Assembly: GCA_046563655.1 (NCBI GenBank)
Contig: CM102287.1
Location: 8,742,001-8,806,000, forward strand
Source: Yuukianura sp. NJ FZ-2021
Taxonomy: Eukaryota
Length of the DNA stretch: 64,000 bases
Direction: 5' to 3'
Part shown: one piece after another, positions 23,777 through 36,444 of the stretch
Layout of the letters: each line of letters begins with the position of its first letter
How positions within the stretch are numbered: position 1 is the stretch's first letter
Translations under genes and position numbers: made by a program
Notes under the pieces: model-generated
The model's database searches: none
Told to the model about the DNA's origin: nothing
Seen by the model: only the letters and a program-made list of their open reading frames with translations

Positions 23777-26174
23777 TTACAATCTGATGTCTTGATAAAA
23801 TTGAGCTAAAAGTACAGTTTCTCCAGTTCCTCGAATTGGCGGTATTCCTACAATCGATCCTACGTAATATGCATACAGTTGAAGGAAACAAATAGGATGA
23901 AAATTTTCAATTCCAAACCAAATACATTGAAAATGGGCATGAAGTGTAATTGTACTTGGGGGTCTATTGAGTTGAACAAAAGGGCCAACATTAATGTTCT
24001 GTTCAAATAGCTCTGTAGTGTCAAATATCGTTTGACCTTGGAGTTTAAGAACTCCGTTAGACAGTTCTTGATTGCCAAAGGCGTACTCTATGAGGCTGAG
24101 GATTGACCAATTGACTGATAGTCTTTGAAGTGGTTTGTACGTTCGAAAGTAAGCGAAGGTAAATTGCCAAAACCCGGGCGGTTCTTCTGAAGAGTCACTG
24201 AAATAGTACTGGTTGACAAGATATAGCTGTAGGACGCCGTTAACACTTCCGCCTTTAGCTACAAAGTTATAAATTAGGTGTAAAACGGACGTAAACATCG
24301 TATCTTGAAGTAAGTCAAGGTCAGTGACCTCCTGACCTTGACCCTGGCCTTGGCCCAGCATTTGAACTTGGCGCTGACCCTGACCAACCATTTGGGGCTG
24401 GCTTTGACCTTGGCCCTGTCGTCGGATTTGACCCCGCCCCTGACCTTGACCTTGATTCTGACCAGGGCGTTGACCTTGAGGCGGATTCTGACCATCAATT
24501 TGACCTTGACCTGGATTTTGACCAGGGCGTTGACCTTGACCTTGATCAGGGCGTTGACTTTGACCTTGATTTTGACCAGGGCGTTGACCTTGAGCTGGAT
24601 TTTGACCTGGGCGCTGACCTTGAGCTGGAATTTGGCCGGGGCGTTGACCTTGACCTTGACCTGGACTATCGTCGTCTTCATCTGGAGCCAAGTATTTGAC
24701 CCCCCGGTCTGAGTTAGTTTGTAAATTAAAGTGATAGTTGATATTGAAAACATCTCCGTCATTGAATCCATCCCAAGTTTGACTAAAGCCCAGTATAAAC
24801 TGGATGAAATCCAAACCATGTGCCCTAGGATTGGTTGTGTCATAGGTCAAGTAATTGTACTGACCCACGAGAAAAGCACCAATAAACGGAGGAGGCGCAA
24901 CCGTCTGCGTTTTGATTGGAAGGCGATACTTATACGTAAGCCAGCCTTGCATAAAATCACGGTCATCCAGCGGTATTCCACCTTGACCGTGGAATTCAAT
25001 CAGAAACAACTGAGCCAGAAACGTATGACTATCAAATACACGCTGCAAATTGAACGTTGTACTGGCAAAGCGATTTGCCAGTCCTTCATCAAAATCAGTT
25101 CCAACGTAGTGATAATTGTACAAAGCGCGCTGATTTACGAAAAAAGTGGTCGTGGTTTGTTTAAGTTGTTGAAGTTTTGTTGAACCGTCTCCAATGATGG
25201 GTACAGGAGGTAGCGGTAAATTCAAACTTTCATAAGCTTGTACCAGTCCAAAATTTCGGTTGGAACCTTTTGGCGCGAAATTGTAAATTCCTATAATCTG
25301 TCCAGTGGCAAACGGTGGCTGACCCGGATTTGGTCTATGCTCGTAAGTAACTCTGCCGAAAATGTAGAAAAAATTGGTCAACTCTTTTTTCTTTTGCGGT
25401 TTTTTCGTAATGAAGCCCCATGTATGTCGAATTCCCTGAAAGAAGCACGTATGCGGTCCAATACCGTTTCGAACTGTAAGTTCCCGTCCTGGTCGTTGGT
25501 AAAAACATTGGTAAAAACCGGAGCCGAAGATGGCAATTTTGGCCAGTAAAGTTTGGCCGTAAAAGTAGCACCGATACCATCCAATTTCGCGGGTAAAAAC
25601 ACTTAAGATAAGTGAATTCTGCTCAGTCGATACGCGTAAACCGCAAAAAAATGGGCCAGTCCCTTCAATAACTCCGGTTAGATGACGGTTATTCCCGGCG
25701 CCACGAGCAGCTGACATGGACAAATTTCCACCTTGACGCTCTGAAGCCATTGGTGCATTCTCAGACTCTTGAATTGAACTGCCAAAAATTCCCGCCTTTT
25801 TTGAATTTTGATCCAACTCATACAAATTTTCCTTTGAAAAAGCATGTTGAGCGTCGTCGTGAACTCTGAGCCTTTCGGCATTTTGCGCGGCGGGAATTGA
25901 TAAGGGAATCCAGTTAGGCAGGCACTGTGTACCGGGCTTTAGGCGTTCCAGTGGAGAATTCAAACAAGAATGTGTTAGTGGTCTGAAATTGTGCTAAATT
26001 TTCAGAAATTTGAATTAGAAATATCAAATTATTTCAAATTTTGGACAAGAACAAAAATAAAATTTGAAACTTTTACTGTACATTGGAATGTGTGAATCCG
26101 GAAGGCAGTGCGTAGCGACGCGTTTGAGAATAAACTTCAAGGAAAACTAGAAGCTGAAGAAACGTTTTGAACAT
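23777..26174 (-). CDS. Orphan, probably secreted, aromatic-rich protein with a central Gln/Gly/Pro tandem repeat; at least 2 exons
   Basis: Short first exon MFKTFLQLLVFLEVYSQ... splices (CA|GTAAAAG ... TTTCAG|A) in frame into the 728-aa ORF. No family recognised. Confidence 0.7.
24330..24665 (-). repeat. Coding minisatellite, ~30-bp unit encoding QGQRPGQN(P/Q)x
   Basis: Repeated ttgaccagggcgttgaccttga units on the + strand; translates GQRPGQIPAQGQRPGQNPAQGQRPGQNQGQ... Confidence 0.9.
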
Positions 26175-27958
26175 TTTTTAGTCTTTTTCATAAAAGTTTG
26201 AACAATTTGAACACAAATGAAGATGAGGCTTTCGAGACAAGTTGAATGACTTTACGAATTGAGTGAATTCTGAAAAATGTTTTGGAATTGCGAATAAGAT
26301 GTTTTAAACATTGCACCAATAAGGTGACTTAACGCATCCGAATGACTTCAAAGGTTAGGTAAGTTCAAAAGTTAGACTTGGATGTTTAGCATTTCGGTTG
26401 AAGTGTTAATTTCAAGTGTTTACTTCATTTGTATTCAAACCCTCAAGATCAGTGGATCCTTTCATTTTATTTACTCTGACTCCTTTCACCTTTTCAGATT
26501 TGAAAATTAAATTTTCAAAATTTATTCGGTGTAAATTTGGTTCCAATTCAATAAGACAGTGAATGTGATACAAAAATAACTTTTTGGACAAACCAATTCA
26601 GATCAAGTTGAACTCAAATGGACAAAGTTGAAAGTTTCATAATGTGTAAGACTACGCATAAAAAGACGATTCAAAAATTTTGAAACGAGAAATTTTACTC
26701 ATTCAGTACTTCTTGTACAGTCCAACGTGGCAAGTTTTTTTTATCTTTCCTCAGAATTTGCACTAAATTAACTAGTTCATACCTGTTGATACTTAATGAC
26801 ACGGTATTATTAAATATGAATTATAAATAGTATTCTTGGCCTAATTAGTGTTGATACATTTGCTGTGGTAAGCTTTACCAATGTCCTGTTGTGTTGTCAA
26901 TAAATTCTTGTGATCACCGCCAATGCCGCCAAATCACAAATACAAATTCAACCCGCATCAGCACAATGTTATTGCCGTGCCTTTTTTGGTTGACGATATG
27001 ACGTACTTGTTTGGTTGTACGCAATAATTGTTTACATCAGATCTGTGAAAAAAAAAATGTTTTTCTTCAAAATTCATTAAAAAAAATTTTATTTTCTAGT
27101 TTTAACAGCAGAATTTCTTCAAAATAATAGGAATGTGTTGAATATCGTCAATGTTGAGGACACCTTCTTTGTTGTGAATCATAACTTTTGATATGTTGTG
27201 TGGTGTGAATGTAATGAAAAATTCAGAAATAATTCAATCAGAGTTTGCGAATTTTCATAGCATGGCATTAGCGTTTATTTGTTGGAATTTGCGTTTTGAG
27301 GGATGTATTTTAAGCGATGTGGGGCACGGTATTGATGGTATGTTAATTTTAACTTGCAACGTTGAAGTTAGGGTGACAAGTTAGGCTATGTGTGGGTACA
27401 ATTGTGAGAGACACAATGTACTCCACGATCTTTCTTTTAGAAAGCTCTCTCCTCCTTCTCAGCTTGTTTTCTCTGGATTCGGATGCCTTTGATATTTTTT
27501 TTCTGAGCAAAAGATCAGGGATTCGTTGGAATCTGGGGTCAATTTCATTAAGAAGTTGGTCTGTCGGGTCAAGGTCAAGTGAGTGGGATCTTACCATTAA
27601 CGAGGTTCAATTGAAAAGGTAAACTTTATGGACTAATGTCCTTTTGGATAAAGATTTGGTTGGCGTTGAGGTTGAGGAATGAATGGCGAAGGCGAAACGA
27701 CTGACGTAGCAGCCGACGGCTACAACGATTAAAATTTTAACCGATTTTCTTTAGAGGAAGCATAACTTCAGTGGAAAACTGCGAGTGAGGCGAGGCAGAA
27801 CGCGAAGTCCTCCATTCGGTCCCGTCGTCAATTCTATTGGAAGCGGAATTGAGGAATTTGCAACTTCCATTTAGTTACTGAATTGGTATGAAATTGCTGG
27901 CAATTGCTACGTTTTTTCGTTTCTGAATAATGACATTTTTTTGTTTCTTGCTAAGGTT

Positions 27959-30667
27959 ATGGTGATGCATCGAAAACGGAAGAAAGGATATCATCGTTTG
28001 AATGGAAAAGTGTCAGCTGATGAGACCAAATCAAGTTATGGAAACGGTGACGACGGTTCAACGACTCATAAACTGCATTCAGTGTCTTCCGAAGAATTGA
28101 CACAGGAGTTTGCTCGGATCGTCAGTGTAAGAAGCCTTGCTCCAACAGCAGAAGTAGAAGAATTTGAGGAACCTACCTGGAAGCGAAACTGTATGTTGAA
28201 CCACGTTACGAATTCCGATTTAAGTACACTGTAGATGTTTTTACTTTTAGGTGAAACAGTAATTGAAATGGGCGAGGAAGAAGAGGAGGAAGAGGAAGAA
28301 ATACTCGGTCTGCAATATCCACACGAACGATCAACATTTTCAGCCCATGATTTGGATGTAGGCCATTTTTTATGTGGTGGGAGCGGATTAGATGCTCTGG
28401 CATTAGAAGACCTTGACCTTCCGGAAGAAGAAGATCCGTGCCCTTCGCAACGACTCGAACTTCCAACTCACCCACCTCTTGCCTCCTGTGACACCCTTTG
28501 GGATAATATTATCCACCTCTGTGAGATTCCACATTGTGCCAAGAGAGCTACTTCCAAATGTGCCGCATGTTTCAGAGCTTTCTACTGCGGTATTGACCAC
28601 CAAAATGCAGATTGGGAAAATCATCGTCACCATTGTAGTGTGTACACAAAAACTTCAAATTTAAATCCAGACGGCCGGGGAGTTCCTGACGGAATGGTTG
28701 CCACCAAGGTAAAAATTTGCAACAAATGTTCATTTCGTTGAAGAAGAAGATTTACTAAATACTTTATCTTGTTGTTCAGGATATTGCCCAGGGTCAAGAA
28801 CTTTTCAAGGAAAAGCCACTGCTTCTCTTCCCCCTAGTTTCATGGAATAGCTTTGAACATCCACTAGAGTGCCTTGGAATTGAGAGGCATAACCTTTGCA
28901 GAGCGGTGGAACCGTCCTGTCTTGGATGCAACAAGGCCGTGGAATTCGTTGGACCAAATCGACACCGATGTTCTACGTGTACTCTTCCCCTTTGCTCAAA
29001 AAGTTGTGAATACGAAGTGTCTCATAAATTGGGAGAGTGTCAGGCCATCGTTGAAGCTGGTTTGAAGGTATAACCTCACTTTTCTAAAGTTTTGACCGAA
29101 ATACCCCGGGGCTAATTTAATTTCTTGAATTTTTGCAGGTACCCGAGAGGAATTCGCAAGCTCCATGCTATCATGCACTTTACATGGACATTGAGATTCT
29201 TCGAGCACTTCGACTTCGTCAAGTTGAACCAACGTCGTTTCGTCAGTTATTTAATCTCCAACACAACTCTCGAACCAGAACTTATTCAAACAGTACTCAC
29301 TTCCGAAGGTTCAAAAGAGATGCCCAGAGGATTGCTCCATTGTCAGTATCTTATGCAAAGGAAAATATTGGTTTGGTCATTGCTTTACATGCAATCATCG
29401 CCTCCAACTCGTTTAGGCCATCTCTGGGAAGCACGTAAGATAAACGAAATTCTAAACATTGATTTGACCTCTTGACTTAATTGATCAACTACTAATTGAA
29501 AATGTATGTTTCAGTTACAAGGTTGTGTTTCGTCGACAAGCAGAGTTCAATCACAGTTGTCTTCCCAATACCGTACACTATGTTGAAAATGAGCAGAGTC
29601 GAGATCAATTGAAGATTCGGTTGGTAACGAAGGCTTCCGTGGTGATTCCAGTTGACGAAATGATAACGATTGACTTCTTGCCAACTCCCTACCTTCCGCA
29701 TGCCCAACGTCAGAGTCTGTTGCGTGACATGGGGATTTGGTGCCAGTGTCCTCGGTGTACGAAACCACATGATATCCACGACTTTTCCATTGAGCTCAAG
29801 TGTCGTAACTGCCACCATGGCTACGTCCGTCCAGAAGAACCTCTCAAGTGGTCTCAAAGCGTTTGGGCCTGTGGACATTGTTTTGAAGAAACTCCATTTG
29901 CTCAGGTTAACCGAGTAGAACGAGAACTGTCTCTCCAGTTGATGCAAATGCCAAAGAAACGATACGAGGATATTCCTGGCCTCGTTAGATTTACACAGAC
30001 GGCGATGGACAGTGTTCATCGTGGGCATACTCTCATTATCCATACTTGGTGCTTTATTGAAAGGTAACTTTAAAAGTTGAGGCAGTTAGTTAACTAAAAT
30101 CAGTCAGTAATTAACTTTTTGTGTCTCTTTTAGTCTTATCCGGAAGAGGATGGACTCTGCCCGTGACTTCAATCCACAGAAACGACACGACGAAAAGACG
30201 TTGAACGATTGCAGGTTGTTGTTGCAATATGCCGACACTGTTCTTCCCCACTTGGAGGCAATTCGACAAGGCCTTTGGGTCGACAAAGGTTGGTTTAACA
30301 TGAGCATTGAGCTAACTTTAGTAGTTGTAGTAACTGACGCTGGAGATTAATCATTAATCGCTCCTTTTTATCAGGAATGGTGCTATTTCACAAGTTTTAT
30401 GCCAAATTCATCCTGTCGTGTGAAGACTATCGTCGTTCAAGGACAAATCTGAAGGAGTTTACTACAAATATTTTCAAGTGCCTCAAAGTAATTGACATGA
30501 GTCTCCAGAACCTAACTCCTTTGGAAGGAATGTCTACATCCAATGTCGCCGTTGCCAAAACCCTCAAAGACGCTACATCTGCATTGACATCACTCAAAGA
30601 CTATGCAGCTACTCTCATCAAGCAACAGACCAGGACTAGTAGAAATCCATTTACTTCCACGATCTGA
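27959..30667 (+). CDS. SET and MYND domain protein (SMYD, SmydA/msta-like); multi-exon
   Basis: zf-MYND CEIPHC...CAACFRAFYCGIDHQNADWENHRHHC; GMVATKDI...ELFKEKP; FNHSCLPN; post-SET CQCPRC; helical C-terminus. Start codon uncertain. Confidence 0.88.
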
Positions 30668-31137
30668 CTTAACCCGGAATTACTTCCGGAATCTGAATTT
30701 ACCCGGTTAACACCTCAAGTTCTGACATAACTTAAGGTAAACTTCCATATTATTATCCAAAGCTATTAATAAAAAAAAGTTGTTATTAATGCCCAACCTA
30801 CACGGCGACCTTTGTGAAACTGTTTGTGGTTTAGCATGAATTCAATATTTATTTTGTTAAGCTCGAATTAACTAACCAATCGAAAATCTAATCCCAATTT
30901 TCTGCAGCTCGCAGTTGCATTGCATTTTCGAACATAACGCAGAAACTAATCCAAAGATAAGTAACAATAGACGTACAGCTACCGACAATGAATGTATAAA
31001 TGTGAAATGCTAACTTTACAGGCTAGCTATAAGTTATCACATTACAAATTAATAGATAAGAGAAAAACGGATAAGGAAAACAATTCAGTTAGAAGAATAG
31101 TGCTGGATACTTTTGTTCTTTTGAAGAGTTCCATGAC

Positions 31138-33793
31138 TCAATAGTCACCAAATCCCCAATCTGGATCAACATCATCGTCATCAGAGTAGCCATCAAAACC
31201 AAAAGAATCCAAATCCGAATCAGGGTACATGTCATCAGAGAAGAAATCATCATCAAAGAATTCTCCTTCTTCACTGCTCGCATCAACTGTGTCAGGCACT
31301 GGAGGCTGAAAAAGGTAAATAGTACACGTACTAAATGCATAATATGAAACTAAATCGTACAAAATTATTGGTTTCAAAACCGTACAATGAAGAGAAGAGT
31401 ACGAAATCTTCCGGAACGACGTTTCAAAACCTTCTCCAATTTTTGAAACCTCATTTCTTCTGCATCCGAAATCGCTAGAATTTCAAGGCTTTTGTTTTGT
31501 TTCAAAATAGTCTCGTAGAATGCTTGGTTCAGGAGACCCTAGTCAAACAGGAAAAAAAAAATTAAAATCAGTTTTTTAGCAGTGCTAAAAGTTTTTAAGT
31601 TTGAATTACATTCTTACAGATGTAGTAACGAGTGTCAAGTCTCTTAAATCCGGAAACACTAGAGAACTTAGGAAGGCTTTGCGAGTCAAGTTTACACAGT
31701 CAATGATCTCCAGTTTTCGAAGGCCTAAAAATCATCATAAAATACAATTAACATAAGCAACTGGCTCAGAATTGATCTCAAAATGGGTTAATTTGGATTA
31801 AAACGTACCAGTTAGGGTGTTAATGCCTGGAGCAACGACGGCACCATGCCGTTTTCCAGTCAGGGCTTCATCAGTTACTTGAGCACAATGTGAAAATCCC
31901 AGTTCTAGTAAAGACTTCATGTGAGAACAAATGTAAACGAGGACTTCGTCGTTAATGACTCCCGGACATTGGACGAGATTCAGTACAGTAAGGTTGCGAA
32001 ATCGACTCAGACTTTCAATTGTGGTTTGTGCAGAGTCTCCATGTTCAGGACGCATTCCACAGATATCAATTTCTCGTATTCCATCTGGATGCATTAAGTA
32101 AATTTAAACTTTAAAGTAATTGAGAATAATAATTAGTAAAAGTAAAGTTGTACCTGGAAGGAGAGAGAGAATGGTTCCAAGAGAAATTCGTGGATCCCGC
32201 CCATGTCTCTCCATGGAATACAACGCAAAATGACTTAGTGTCAAAGTACTGCATTGACGAAGTACAATTTTCTGCAAAGCTCCACAATTCTTGAGAAATG
32301 AAAAATCGATTCTGCGTGGAGGGGGTAGAGGAGCATTGTTGTTTGGACCTTGAGGTTGAGGACCATCAACTTCATCGTCATCTGGAACCACTCCAAGTCT
32401 GATTTGGAATTGGATTTGTCTAACTTCTCCATTGTTATCCCAATCCTCTTCGTCCGCAGCATCATCTCGTACGACGACTGGAAACTGTTGAATCTGAACT
32501 GTTGCCGGTTTCCAACTGAAATTGAAAGTCTTCAGATGAGGTCCATGTTTTAGTAGTGGTGGTCCGAGGTCCTGGCCACCATTAGTAACCCCTTCTAACT
32601 TCAAAGTTAAACTCTGTAACGGTGGCTGTTTGCTCAGAAACATCGTAAGCTTAGTGAACTCCTTTTCGTTTCCGACAAGGCTCAGATCTGTCAGACGAGG
32701 GAAGACCAAGGAACTGAATGAGTCTGCGTCCCAAATAGAGCTATCCATTGACAGCTTGGTCAAGGATTGATGGTGCTTTTGTAAGACCGAAATAAGAGAT
32801 TCTGTGACAGCCTTCTTTTCAGTTTGTGCATCTGTATGGAAGTCGTACTCCATGAAAGAGATTCGTTCGAATCCAAATCTGGACAAGGTAGTTGGACTCT
32901 CCCCCAATAACTTGACGTTGGCTGCAAAGCTCGTTGCACCCAATACTCCGTACTTTCCAGAAATTGGATTGGTGATGTAAAGGGAATCCAATTGCTTCAG
33001 AGTTTCCTAAATTGAGAAAGTTCAGTCAGAAAAACTTTGAAAGATAGTAATGTTAATAATATTTCTTTGTAACCTCAGCTTTCTTCATAGCAAGATCGAA
33101 AGACTCAGAAGGTATTAGGTCCAGGATTTCAGCATCTACTGTCAAGTCCCGTAATTTAGCCGATGTACGTAACAAAGTGGCCATGATGTCCGCAGAGGCG
33201 AGGTCAACACCAGGACCTCCAGAATGGACTTCCAACGCAGTAATGTTGGGTATAAGGCGACAAATGGATGTTACCTCCTTCTTCTTCTTCCATCCACTGT
33301 GCAGTTCAACTGCAACCGTTTTCCAAGGAAAGTCTGTGGGCTTAAAGAAATCCGGTTTCGGACCAAGGGCCTCTGACTTAAAGAATACAATTCTGCAGCG
33401 ATCAATAAACTCCTTGTTTCCTCGTACAATCCATTTGAGCTGCTTATTAACTGCGCTTAGAGCTTTAATGGATGCAAAGTCCAAGTATGGCATAAGGTGT
33501 TCCACAAACTGGAACGAATCATAAACAAAACTGTGAAGACTGGTTCGATACTTGATTACTTTTACAATTTAAATTGCAGTATTTACCACATGATTGTGAA
33601 ACGCTGATGCCACCAATTTTTGTAACTTGTCGTTGTTGCTGGCGGAATCCTCACTGTCAGGATAAGCTGTGTTGTCCACTGGTGTCGACGGTTCGGCAGC
33701 ATCCGGAATTTTCTTCGATTGTCGTGAAGCCTTTTCTTTTCGTTTTCCTTTCGTCTTCGGTACTTTCCCACGTGGAGCTCGAGCCCGATTCAT
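31138..33793 (-). CDS. F-box / leucine-rich-repeat protein with acidic C-terminal tail; multi-exon
   Basis: F-box-like EHLMPYLDFASIKALSAVNKQL; LRR units such as LTVLNLVQCPGVINDEVL and LLELGFSHCAQVTDEAL. Confidence 0.8.
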
Positions 33794-34837
33794 CTTTTTT
33801 CGTTTTCCTATAAGAAACGTATCAAAAACGATTAGATAAGGCAAAATGTCGAGAACTTAGTAGTAGTCATCAATTATTAACTTACCTTTTCACTGCCCAA
33901 AACCAAAATAAATCAAGTAATCGTTAATTAATGCAAGTTTTGTTTACTTTACTTACATCAATTAGTACCACTCCTCCGTTTATAATGTTAAGTAGAGGCA
34001 GCTGCTGTGTGTGTACCCTTATGTCGTTATGTCTTTGTGACACTATTGCCTTGCCTTGCCGCTGAAAAACTGAATTTGAGACGGAATGGGTTTGTGCAAT
34101 TCCAAAGTATGGAACAATAAATTTCAGTTTCAAATTCATAAATCATACATAAATCATAATTTTAGAAAAAATCATTTTATACTCGTTCTTCCAACCTAAT
34201 TGATAATTAACAATCCTCACATAACTACACGCCACTAGTTCAATGAATTTTCTCCGGTTGTCCTACCTTTAAGTAACATCTATTTGCATCTTGCATTTTA
34301 ACATCAACGAATTTCCAGAAACTGGAAGACGTTTAGTATCAAAAATTGCGAAAAGTTGCACGAGCATATCATAAATACTGAAAATATTTAAACTTTTTTA
34401 CTACTATAAGATTCAGAAAGAGGAGGAGAAAAGTATTTATACTTTCTAATATTGTTTTAGCAGCTTAAGTGCATATAAAATAATATATGTGTTTTTCAAA
34501 AAAAAATTGCATCGACACAATTTATGCCTGGAAGCCGATGACATAGTTTTCTTTTTAAAAAAATCGTTATTTCAAAACCTTTTAAGTTTAAAACAACGGA
34601 ATCCCATTTTTTTTATTAATCATTTAAAAAGGAATGACGTCTTTGGCATTTTATTTTGGAGAAAAGCTTCTCCTTAACGTAAAACGAAAAAGCATTTAAT
34701 TTTTGTTTAAAAAAATACGAATTACCAGTGTGGCGAATTCCAAAGAACAGAAAAGACGCCTTTTTGCAAATACGGGGAAAAAGCACAAAAATTTGCAAGT
34801 TATAAATCATTCTTGCGTCTGAAAGTTTATTTCAAAA

Positions 34838-36186
34838 ATGAAACTACTTACTGACACTATCCTTCAATTTCTTCGATATAGCACGCAATACTGTCTGTTC
34901 TACAAAACTTGGCCATATAAATGGAACAATCAATTAAATTTACTTAATAGCGCATGTCGAACGCAGCAAATCCTACATTATTGTTATGTTACATTACTTT
35001 TTAGTCATCAAATTTATCTCACTGTGTTTGGAATCAAGTTTATTCTGTATCCTGAAACACTCGGATTCACATTTCGAGTTATGTATGCTGTCAACTACAT
35101 TTCATTTTTGATGAACTCAATTTCACAATTTTGTATTCTGATTCATGAGAAAGAATTTCTTATTTTCGCAAACAGAAGCTTGACCTTCTACAAAACAGTG
35201 CAAGGTAAGAATAATCAAAACTAAAAAAATTTAACAATGCATGTTTGAGTAACATGCAATGTCGATATGTGTAATAAACATCTTATGTACTATTCCAGAT
35301 GTCTACATAAAACAGAGGGCGCCACGTCCTCAATGGCAATTTGAGCTAGAAATGCTCATAACAGGATGTTTTTCAACGTCCATTACAACTCCGTTGTCAA
35401 TATTGCTGTTCTGGGCACAGTTTCCTGAATTACGGCAATTTGTACCCTCGCATCTTCTGCCTTACTCCAACCACTTCTTCATTGACATCTTCGTCTCATT
35501 TCCACTTGCGTTCTACTTGTACAACACATTGTGGACTTCAATCTTGTCTTTGGTTGGATTTCTGACAATTTGGATCTATTCAATAATTTTCATTACTCAA
35601 GAGCTCAAGTACGTTTAAAAACGGCGGCAACTTTTGAACTTTTTAAACATAACTTTTGATTTTTTTTTTTGCATGTAGTATCAACAAATCGAGCCTTTAT
35701 ACCAAAAAGGCACTTCGTAACCCACGGACGATATGTCGCCTACATGATGCTCTACAAATTTTGACTAAGGATATGGAAGGAATCGCCAGCGATTTTCTCC
35801 TGATGTGTGCAAATGACATTGCAATTGGCGTAATCGTTCTTTCAAATTTTCTGCTCATTCGATACCACCATATTTTTTCAGGCATATTTGTACTTATATT
35901 TCTAACACTGTCTGGATTCTCTACAATGTCACTCGTTCTTTGCTACATTGAATTTGGCTCTCTAAATGCACAGTCTAAAAAAGTCATTTCGAATTTACGA
36001 AATCATCGTAGAAACTTGGCCGGAATTGGGAGAAAAATCATCGGAATGAAAACTAAAGCCATGATGCCTCTCAAAATCCATTTGGGCACGTTTGGCTACT
36101 ATCAAAAAGGAAATACAATTCGAGTTGTTGGAAAACTTATTACTTATACTCTACGATTTTTGATTCTCACTAAAAGTTCATTTTAA
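34838..36186 (+). CDS. Divergent GR-like chemoreceptor, YT(L/M)RFLILTK subfamily, copy 1; 3 exons
   Basis: Multi-TM protein; C-terminus PLKIHLGTFGYY...LITYTLRFLILTK shared with the copies at 40671 and 42395. Confidence 0.75.
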
Positions 36187-36200
36187 ATCAAAAAAAAAAC

Positions 36201-36255
36201 TGGACAGATAGGCAGACAGACAGATAGACAGCATAAAGTAGCTTTGACTACTTAA
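36201..36255. repeat. (GACA)n microsatellite plus terminal hairpin; 3' fragment of a Helentron/DINE-1-like element
   Basis: GGACAGATAGGCAGACAGACAGATAGACAG followed by the AAGTAG-CTTTGA-CTACTT hairpin; same layout at 38138-38196. Confidence 0.5.
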
Positions 36256-36444
36256 AATACACGAAACGAGAGCGTTATGTTCCAAAAATTTTATTTACAA
36301 CGTTTGGTTCGTAGTTTTGTAGGAACAAAACTAAACTTAAAATTAAATATTAAAATTAGTAATATTAATATTAAAATTAGTAAAAATTAAAATAAGATAT
36401 GTAACAATTTACTTTTTGTGTGTGTGTTTGTAACTCCCGGGTTC

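Noticed and set aside
24274..24843. ORFs 24338..24712 (+, LTLTL repeats) and 24274..24843 (-, VKVKV repeats)
   Set aside because: Alternative-frame and antisense read-outs of the QG coding minisatellite in the 728-aa ORF.
27193..27622. Short overlapping ORFs upstream of the SMYD gene
   Set aside because: No motifs or convincing splice connection; more likely UTR or intergenic sequence.
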